A DNA stretch of 20,000 nt from Chiloscyllium plagiosum (lineage: Eukaryota): the NCBI RefSeq assembly GCF_004010195.1, contig NC_057719.1, positions 15,943,194-15,963,193 on the forward strand. Direction: 5' to 3'. The stretch's first letter is position 1; every line of letters begins with the position of its first letter. Positions 11,418-20,000 of this stretch are shown piece after piece. Below the pieces are notes generated by a model, which had not been told where the DNA came from, made no database searches, and was given only the letters and a program-made list of their open reading frames with translations. Both the position numbers and the translations under genes were made by a program.

Positions 11418-11570
11418 TGCGATCCTGGTCGAAGGTGATCCAACTCTCAGAACGAAACTCTCTCCCTCTTCAGTTTAACAAACAGATAGTACAGAAACAA
11501 CTAAAGAAGTCAAAACTGCTGGCTATTACAGAAAACATAGCTACTAAAGCCCATAAAGGAATGTTCACAG
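11418..11570 (-). repeat. Possible 3' part (R/U5) of the 5' LTR; upstream boundary not determinable
   Basis: Directly precedes the PBS and ends in CA. No second copy found in the window, so the extent is a guess. Confidence 0.3.
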
Positions 11571-13109
11571 GACTCATTCAAGGTCATGTAGCTTGTCGAG
11601 TATTATCAACAATTTTAGCCCTTCACCCCATCCTCAACAATCTATTTGCCATGCAGCTGTCGAATATCATTATCAAATGTAGTCCTTCAGCCCATCCAGT
11701 GCATATGGATAGCAATATCATCCAGACAGCTGTTGAGATCCTGGTGGATGTTGGTCATGGTGCATTAGAAGATTTTGGGTGCTGAGGTAGTTTCAGAAGG
11801 AAGATGGTTAAATAGTATTAAGAAGAATAAAGAAAACAATATGCCTGAAGGGAGTAATGAATGTGATAAAGAATTTGGATTCCAATTCACAGCTGGTGAT
11901 ATCCAGAAGCCAAATGGTTTGCAAGCAATTAACAATGTTGTTCTCAACTAAATGAACTAGACAAAACAAATTATAAAACTTTTTGGACTATCATGAATAC
12001 TATTCTAGGATCCTGACTGGAAAAAATCCAGTGCAGATTTTTTTTAATAAAAGATAATTTTAAGAGTGCAAAGTCAAGATTCTACTCTATACTGATCAGA
12101 GCCCTGCAATTACTAGAGTTTAAAACAATGTGATTGTGAATGCAATGTTGAAAGTTTAAAGAACAATGAACAGAAGTCACGTCTTAAAATCAAGTAAATG
12201 TTTTGGGTTTCATATAATTGAAAAATAACACTTAATAATGAGGCTTATTTTGCAAATGATAATGTTTCATTGCTGTTAGTTATGCATCATGTAATATGCT
12301 AATTATTAAAATGCTGATGATGTTAAGAACCTGCTGTATTGCAAACAAATATTTACCATTGTGATGGGGTGGAAGGGAATGAGTGTGACAACCTTTGATG
12401 TGGAAACTATGCAATAAGAAAAATTTGTAATCTCCAATTAAACTTAATTTCTCAGCTCCTTAATTAACATGGTATACTAGTTTAGAGATAGCTAAATAAT
12501 TACCAACAAATCATTTATCAGCTTTCCCATGCTGTCACACTTATTTTCATTTTTTTCAAATTTACTCACACATGACTGTTCACTGCTGCTTTTGACTGTA
12601 TTCTCTCAATGTTATTCTGTAGTACCATGTGCTTTATAATATGCTGGAAGCAAAGCCTTCTTAAAAATATGCATGATGCATGGTGGAGTCGCGCAAAGTC
12701 CAGCTTTATGGAGGGACATGAAACATCCACAGGACCCAAATTAAAAAAATGAAATGGGCCTAATTTTAGTTTTAGTTGTAATGCTGGACTCCTATTGAAC
12801 AGCCCTAACCAATATGACAGCAACAACTCAATCACATAATGAGTTGTACCTGCTTCCTACCATACTGCACCCATTTGTGAATGTTTTATGCCTGTACAAT
12901 AGCACAACACAAACCATCTTCTCGGGAGTAAGCTTGTAGAGCTATATAAATATTAAGGAAACTTGGTTTAAACTTTTGACCGATTAATATAATGGTATAG
13001 AGTCATCGATTTCTTAAATAGTCATCAACCAATGTTTTATCAAATTAGCAGTTAAAACTGATAGGAAAGTTACATTTTATAACTAACAAACACCTATTCC
13101 TAATATTAG

Positions 13110-13294
13110 TGCAGGTGGTGTAGCAGAGATAACAGAGGTTTACCAGAAACATTCCACTAGTCACTTTTTGGCCGTTGCTATTGTAAACATTGAATTGCCA
13201 TTTGTTGCGGAACCTTTTCGAAGAAGGCTCTTTTCAAACAAACTGCTTATTGTGAGGAGAGAGAATGTATACCACCTTGAACTGTTGGATGTTG
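13110..13294 (+). CDS. CATSPERB: Internal coding exon of cation channel sperm-associated auxiliary subunit beta
   Basis: Branch-like ACTAAC near 13082; AG acceptor at 13108-9 (alternative 13113-4, same frame); donor G|GTAAGC at 13295. Peptide AGGVAEITEVYQKHSTSHFLAVAIVNIELPFVAE...LLIVRRENVYHLEL aligns with recalled human KTGRAYIRKVLQHTTPKGFLSSVIAEMKEPFGLE...LLINKAGNVYKLTL. Its phase-1 end matches the next exon. Confidence 0.8.
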
Positions 13295-13954
13295 GTAAGC
13301 AACTCAATTAAAAAAAAAACTCAAGCTTATCTTAAACTTTTATTTCCATTCTGTTCCTGTGAACTATTCCTCAGTTGAGGTACCAAGCAAATAACTTGCT
13401 GTTTTGTCTCCATCAGCTTCCTCAATAAATGTGCGAGAATAATTTATCCTGTTATAATTTTCATGTCTGAAAATGACAGCTTTAGATGATAGCTTAATAT
13501 ATTGCAAAACTAGGAATGGATTCACTATGTCTTCCGTTATCAGTTTATTTAAAAATAATAAATTTACTGTGGGAATAAATGAAGTCCATATCGTTGCATA
13601 CAGCTGGTAACTTGCTCTGTCATTAGCTTTAACCAAAAAAAAAGACCTTGCTATCAATTTCCCCAAGGGTTTGGAAAGAAATACGTTTCTTAACATTAAA
13701 GATATGCTACATCATTTTGTGAGGTACCGCCACCATGCCAACTGGGACAGATTTTAAAACAGACCTAGTGACTCAACACTGGGCATCCATGAAACACTCT
13801 GCTGTGCCACAGCTGCAGCACCAGTGTACTCCCAACACAAGCTGCAACCTCATGACTTGGCGTATCCCCACTCTGACAATACTGTCAGGCCAGGGGATCA
13901 ATCTTGGTTCAAGAATGCAGGAGGGCAAGCCAGAAGCTGCATTCTTAAAAATGC

Positions 13955-14346
13955 ATTTAGAAGGTTAAGGTATGATCTGATTAAAGTCTTTAAGACAATA
14001 TAGGAAAAGACAGCAAAGATAAAGATAGGCTGTTTCCACTGGTTGGAGACTCTAAAACAAGGGGGGGCATAGTCTTAAAGATCAGGAGAGATGTTAGGAA
14101 GTATGAAACACAGTGGGGTGGGGGGTGGGGGAGGCAGATGTTTGGAATTCTCATCCAAAAATGGCAGTGGATGCAGGGTCTGTTGTTAATTTTAAATCTG
14201 GAATAGATTATTTTTGTTAAGCAAATACATTAAGGGATATGGGCCAAAAGTATTTGGAGTTAGGCCACAGATCTGCCATGATCTCGTTGAATGATGGAAT
14301 GGACTCAAGAGATGGGATGATCTACTCCTATTCCTATGTTCCTATG
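13955..14346 (+). mobile_element. CR1 3'-end fragment (old)
   Basis: Decayed 'RRLRxDLIxVFK...WNS' coding tail, then 3' UTR ending in TTCCTATGTTCCTATG. Confidence 0.75.
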
Positions 14347-14887
14347 AACAGCTTGCAGCAGGAAGAATACATTGAGTCTTCTGACACTGAATATTGTAAC
14401 TACTGTTGATATATTTCTTCCCTATTTGCACATTTCCTCACTTCTCAGGGAGTGAAGTTCCTGAATTCATCCAGTCCATGTTTCACTAGAACTTGTTGTA
14501 CACCATCATCACATCTTGGCCATATATGTAGCAAAATCTCTCCACTGTAATTTGCTGGAAGGTTCATCATCCACATATCTACCTTCTGCTCCTTGTCTTG
14601 TTTTACTTCAATCTTAGTACACTTGGTTGAGCCAACCTTGGTTCTGAAGGTGAATGTGATAAGAATGAACATTAACAAAAATTGTGTTAGTGGCTGAAGG
14701 CTTAGCCCATGTGTATTTTAGTTGGTGATTTATTCAATTGTGCCATACTGGATGGTGGCTGTATCTTGACTATGTATTGCATTGATTGGTTGAATTAATA
14801 TTCGGAAACCCTGGACAAAGCACATGAAAATAGGTTCAAAGAATATGAAGTATCTACCTGCTTTTGATTTTGGGATGATAATCTGTT

Positions 14888-15017
14888 AGGAGAAAGTGAG
14901 GACTGCAGATGCTGGAGACCAGTGTTGAAAAATGTGGTGCTGGCAAAACACAGCAGGATAGGCAGCATCCGAGGAGCAGGAGAATCGACATTTCGGGCAT
15001 AAGCCCTGAAGCCCTGC
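14888..15017 (-). mobile_element. Solo Penelope pLTR terminus (same family as 6027-6160)
   Basis: Highly similar to 6027-6146. TSD ATGATAATCTGTT (14875-14887) / ATGATAATTTGTT (15018-15030). Confidence 0.9.
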
Positions 15018-15829
15018 ATGATAATTTGTTGCCATCTTTAAACCGAGTGGTACTCCTCTATGAAATTGCATGACGGCATCATATCCAGACAGACATACTA
15101 TTATTGCTACGTCAATCTTCGATGAACAACATTACATTTAGTCATGGAAAATTATAAAGCATTTGTGTTTGGTGAAGTGGTAAACTTATAATTCATGGAA
15201 TTTGGACATTATATTTCATTGAGGAAATTTGGAGCTTCTTGTCAAGAGGTTCAAGAAGTGTTATTAACTTCCAACAGTGGCCTTCTTCAATCTATTTGCA
15301 TAAGTGAAGTTCCTCATTCGTGGAATCATTCTTGTAACTTACTTCTGCATTCTGTCCAATAATTCACATCTTTCTTATAATGTGGTACCCACAGCTATGC
15401 ATATGAGTCCAAGGATAGAAAAGGTCAGAGTGGGCATAAGATGGTGAATTGAACAGATAGGCATCAGGAACATCAGGGTTATGACTGTGTACTGAAAGAA
15501 GATGTTCCACAAATCAGACAGTGACTTTTGCTCACACAGACCAGTCTGTGTGCAAAATCCTTTCTATTAACACTGAAGAATCTGTGCCAAAATTGAGAAA
15601 TTAAGAAACTATGTGATATAGATATACTTTACTTTCAAACAATAGCTGAAACTCCTTCTTCTCCTGCTTTCCATACATTCTGGCTGATTAGAATGGAAGA
15701 CAGGCCATACGTGGTGGCACAGTCGTGTGGGTAGCCCTCGCTTAAAGTTATGTTTCCATTGCTGGGAATTGATACTTTAAGTGGACCTTTAATTGAAGTA
15801 CGGATTTCCATGGAAATCAAGATTAAAGA

Positions 15830-15873
15830 TGGAATAGGTTCAGAGATTTTTTTTTGCCTGGAATAGGTTCAGA
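15830..15873 (+). repeat. 15-bp perfect direct repeat around a T9-containing 14-bp spacer
   Basis: TGGAATAGGTTCAGA at 15830-15844 and 15859-15873. Confidence 0.9.
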
Positions 15874-16265
15874 CATTTTCTTATCTGAAATAACTGATAT
15901 ACTATTCTGTCCAAGTGCGTTTTTAGTTGAAATAACCTGCAAGTTGAAATGTTATCAAATATAACAGAAATAGTGCATGAATCCAAAAATACATCAAGGC
16001 TTAAGAATTGTGCCCTTCCCTTTGCAGCTTCTAGCTTGAAACTCCTCCCAATGTTGTTCTGAATCTTCAGTCAGAATGTTCCACAGAACAAGGATAAAAT
16101 TATTTCCTTCGTTGGGAGAGGATAAGATTATAATTAATCTATTCAGAGATAAGACAGGAAGTGCCTATTTATATAAAGCCTGGAAATCTGGAACTCTTTT
16201 CTTAAAGTGGCTGTTGAGGCAAAATGAACTGAAATTTCAAAACTCAGATTGATCACATTACATTG

Positions 16266-17140
16266 GAGTCATAGAGTCCTACAGCATGGAGACAGGCCCT
16301 TTGGCCCAAACTGGTCCATACCGACCAAAATGTCCATCCACGCTAATACCATTTTCCTGCAGTTGGCCCACATCATTCTAAACCTTTCCTATCCACATGC
16401 CTTTTAAATGTTGTTAATGTACCCGCCTCAATCACTTCTGCTGGCAGCTCATTCCAAATGCATACCACCTTCTGTGTAAAAAAGGTACCCCTCAGGCTCC
16501 CTTTTATTCTTTCCCCTCGACCTGAAACTGATGCCCTCTAGTCCTCAATTCCCAAACCCTGGGAAAACGACCAAGAGCATTCACACTACCCATGCCTGTC
16601 GGTTATACAGTTCTATAAGATTCCCTCCTCAGTCTCCTACACTTTTAAAGAAAAAAGTCCTATCTTGTCAACCTCTCCCGAGAACTCAGACCACTGAGTC
16701 CTAGCAACACCTTTGTACATTTCTTCAGCACTCTTTCTAGTTTAGTAACATCCTTCCTTTCGCATGCTGACGAAAACTGAACATAATACTCCAAGTGCTG
16801 CCTCACCAACGTCCTGTACAACTTCCCAACTTCTATACTCAATGCCCTGACAGATGAAGGCCAGTGTGCCAATAGCCACCTTCACTGCCTTGTCTACCTG
16901 TGACTCCACTTTCAGAGAACCATGCACCTGAACTCTAAGGTTCGTATGTTCCACTACACTCCTCAAAGCCCTACCATTCACCATGAAACTCCTACCTTGA
17001 GTTGACATTCCAGGACCTCATACTTATCGATATTAAACTCCATTTTCCATTTCTCTGCCCACATCCCCAGTTATCAAGGTCCTGCTGCAATTTCTGATAA
17101 TCTTCCTCATTGTCCATGATACTGCCTAGTTTAGTGACAA
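16266..17140 (-). mobile_element. 5'-truncated CR1 (RT C-terminus + 3' UTR)
   Basis: Minus peptides TKLGSIMDNEEDYQKLQQDLD, VQVHGSLKVESQVDK, LYRTLVRQHLEYYVQF. Tail GACTCTATGACTC, as in the 1-3193 copy. Confidence 0.92.
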
Positions 17141-17504
17141 TTTTTCTCTTGTTTTCATTATAATTTTTATTTGCAGTGGTGTTCATGAAAAGTGAAGTAT
17201 TTACAAGTTAACAATAGAAACTTCATGAGTTTTATTGCAGGTTTTAAAATTTCATTCATAAGAAAGACTTCATGCTAAATATAATTATTTAATCTGACTG
17301 TACTGGTTAACATTGGAATAGATTTTATGAATTCAAATTCCTAATCTCAATGTATAGACATATCAAGAATGTTCATTCTGCTACAGATTTCTATCTTGCC
17401 TTGCTTCCAAAGTTTCTGCTTGCTCTTAGATTTTCAGTAATTGAACTGTGAGTAATGATATGGAAGATGTACAGATAATTTGGATAATCTATTTGTTTCA
17501 ACAG

Positions 17505-17825
17505 ATTATGGTTTTGAAGCTGATGATTTTGAGAAGACAGTGGTTGTTCCTGGATACAGTAGTTTTCTGATAGTTAGAGTAAATAGCAGCAATCTTGTCC
17601 TGGCATATGCTACAATGCCATTGCTAACTATTTACTATGTGTTAATTGAAGGAGAAAATTGGTTCCTTTATGACTTTAGCTCCCGAAATGGCACATGGAG
17701 AATTTATGAAAATGAATGTTACACCTGGATTGAGGCTGCCAACAATGTGCATCTGAATCCTTTTGTACTTTTGGATCTTAATGATACAGTCAACTTTGAA
17801 TTCAAATTTACAACGAGGAAAGCAG
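17505..17825 (+). CDS. CATSPERB: Internal coding exon of CatSper auxiliary subunit beta (321 nt, phase 1-1)
   Basis: Acceptor TTTGTTTCAACAG| and donor G|GTTAG. Peptide FEADDFEKTVVVPGYSSFLIVRV...LAYATMP...WFLYDFSSRNGTWRIYENECYTW...LDL matches recalled human FEDTDIEKTVVLPGYSSFLITSI...LAIATMP...WFLYNFGQRNGRTWKIYSKPCNYW...IDL. No stops. Confidence 0.92.
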
Positions 17826-18499
17826 GTTAGAAATTTTAGTGGAATTTGTCATATTTCCTAAAACACTGAAAAATGAAATTAAAAGTTACCGAACTCCAGC
17901 TGTGTTCAGCCATTTATATTTTTTCTTTTCCTTTGATATCTATCTTGATAAATTTGTTGCATTTTAAACAACATTGAAAACAGATAACAACCTACATGTG
18001 TAAGAAAATTCATTGTGAAAGTGCCATGTTTTACAATGCAGTATTTCTTATATATAATGTAATTATTTTCATTGATAAATGTCCATGTAACATTAGCAGT
18101 TAAGAAGATAATCATGCTACCATTGGTCTGAGCAGGATGTGACTGCAGCTTTCCCAACATACTGAATTTAGAGAGTGGAAGGAAGGTAGCTTCTTTAAAT
18201 AAATAATTTTTTTGTGTGAATGGGCAAAAGTTAGCAGCAGATTTCTAATGTCTACCTGGGAGTGAAGGTTATTCCTCTGATCTTAATAGTCTCCTGTGTG
18301 GTACATCAATATGATTTTATGTTTAAATGTTGGTTATTAAAGTAATTTTTACTATAGAATTTTAACTATTACTGTGAAGTTATTTATTTAGAATCAAAGA
18401 GCTGTAGAATCATCACCACACAGAAAGAGACTATTTGACACGTCATTTCTATGCCAGTTCTCTACAAAAGTAGCTCAGAAATTGAATATCAAGTAGGTT

Positions 18500-18920
18500 T
18501 TTGTTGCTGTCGAACAGTGAAGATTATACTAATCAACTGCAAATCAACATAGATAGGCTAGCAAGGCAATGAAGTAGCAGATGGAATTTAATGCAGAAAA
18601 ATATGTCAGGTGAGGCATTTGGTTCAAGGGATAGAAAGAGGCAGATTAGACTTAATGACACAATTCTAAAGAATAAGCAGGGACAGAAGGACCAGGACAT
18701 TCACGCTTTTAAGATCTTTGAAGTTGGAAGAGCAGCTTGTTGGAGTAATTATCAATGGTTCAAAGAGGAGTGTAGGGAAGCATGTCAGGAATAATACCAG
18801 GCCTACCTAAAAATGAGGCATCATCCTGCTGAAGCTGTAATGCAGGACAATGTATATACTAAACAGCAGAGGAGCAGCTGATGGACAGAGCTAAGTAATT
18901 CCACAGGCAAAGGATCAGAC
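18500..18920 (+). mobile_element. Old LINE debris (CR1 RT fragment about 18500-18730, second LINE fragment about 18745-18920)
   Basis: Decayed LQxxIDRL...QMEFNAEK-like coding, then WFKEECREACQE..QAYLKMR, typical of LINE ORF2 linker regions. Confidence 0.55.
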
Positions 18921-18925
18921 CTAGA

Positions 18926-19463
18926 TGAGATGGTGGCTTGGTAGTAATGCCATTGGAGCTAACAGCAAGAGGCCCAGACAATGCCTCAGGTGCCACATGA
19001 ACAAATCCCACAACAACAAATGGTGGGTTTTACGTTCATTTAATTAATACAAAGACTGAATCTTGAGTTGGAAGCTAGTTTCAGGATCGCATTTATGTTT
19101 TCTTCAATGAATTATTTTTATAATGTCCTTCAGAGAAGGGAATTTGCTACCCTAACCAGGTCTAGCCTACATGTGACTCTAGACCGTTGACAATGTGGTT
19201 GACTTTTAACAACCTTCTGAAATAGTCGAGAGTGTGATGCTGGAAAAGCAGAGCCAGTCAGGCAGCATCCAAGCAGCAGGAGAATCGACATTTCGGGCAT
19301 AAGCCCTTCATCAGGAAGCCCAAAACGTCGATTCTCCTGCTCCTCGGATGTTGTCTGACTGGTTGTGCTTTTCCAGCATCACATTCTCAACTCTGATCTC
19401 TGGCATCTGCAGTCCTCAGTTTCTCCCAGCCCTCTGAAATAACCCAATAAACTACTCAGTTGT
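18926..19463 (+). mobile_element. Decayed tRNA-derived SINE (probably MetaSINE-type central domain), split by a Penelope insertion
   Basis: Degenerate A-box TGGCTTGGTAGTAA. Central TAATGTCCTTCAGAGAAGGGAATTTGCTACCCTAACCAGGTCTAGCCTACATGTGACTCTAG resembles the Meta domain (recall). The sequence resumes after 19427. Confidence 0.6.
19225..19426. mobile_element. Inverted pair of Penelope pLTR termini (about 70-bp-arm hairpin) with hammerhead core
   Basis: Arm 19228-19298 is the reverse complement of 19318-19388. Minus strand 19282-19317 reads CTGATGA-a-GGGC-ttat-GCCC-GAAA-TG-TC. TSD CAACCTTCTGAAATA (19210-19224) / CAGCCCTCTGAAATA (19427-19441). Confidence 0.88.
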
Positions 19464-19779
19464 AGCAAGCTGTTGTAAAATCATACCTATACTGACACAA
19501 TAGCAGCTACTAGGTCAGCTGGGCATTGCAGGGGGCAGAGTGTATTATTATCCCGGTAATGATTTGTTTTTATTTAGATAGGTTTCTGTTGACCTTTTGT
19601 TTTAGTGTCCCACCAGTATTTATTCAATCTGTTCAATGTCTATTTAGAAAAAGCAGTACAATAGTCGTACCAAATGGATTTCAGCAGTTCAAGATGGTGA
19701 CTATCACTTTCTTCAAGTAACTTGGTAGAATTTCACTCTCATCTTCTGGCAGCAGTGGCATTGAGGCAGCTGCTTCTAT

Positions 19780-20000
19780 CATAGAACATAGAACATAGAA
19801 GAATACAGCGCAGTACAGGCCCTTCGGCCCTCGATGTTGCGCCGATCCAAACCCACCTAACCTACACTAGCCCACTATCCTCCATATGCCTATCCAATGC
19901 CCGCTTAAATGCCCATAATGAGGGAGAGTCCACCACTGCTACTGAACATAGAGAACATAGAACAATACAGCACAGAACAGGCCCTTCGGCCCACGATGTT
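19780..20000 (-). mobile_element. Two tandem CR1 3' ends with (CTATGTT)n tails; the second continues beyond the window
   Basis: (ATAGAAC)n followed by AATACAGC.CAG.ACAGGCCCTTCGGCCC.CGATGTT, at about 19781-19838 and again at about 19945-20000. Confidence 0.85.

Noticed and set aside
11417..11951. 122-aa plus ORF followed by another open stretch of about 60 codons
   Set aside because: No recognisable motif, ATG context or clean splice boundaries, and it overlaps the presumed LTR end. Left unassigned.
13735..13930. 77-aa ORF / possible old SINE fragment
   Set aside because: Too degraded to assign, and the peptide has no recognisable features.
19781..19990. Spaced direct repeats (CRISPR-like appearance)
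   Set aside because: These are CR1 tail microsatellites in eukaryotic DNA, with no regular spacers or cas genes.

Overview
Vertebrate nuclear DNA, most likely from a shark or other cartilaginous fish (inferred from an HE1-type V-SINE and shark-type CR1 and Penelope repeats). It is mostly intron of the sperm calcium-channel subunit gene CATSPERB on the + strand, with two clear, phase-compatible exons (about 13110-13294 and 17505-17825). The introns contain: a long decayed CR1 LINE and several CR1 fragments; two families of Penelope-like elements whose termini carry minimal hammerhead-ribozyme motifs, with several target-site duplications (TSDs); two SINEs; and a decayed minus-strand class III (ERV-L/Fv1-like) retroviral gag with a Leu-like PBS, followed by an unidentified extension instead of pro/pol. 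Removing two later insertions also reveals a candidate multi-exon antisense gene remnant inside the CATSPERB intron (14442-15936). There is a 269-N assembly gap at 6284-6552. All protein and repeat-family matches come from recall and manual translation, not database searches.
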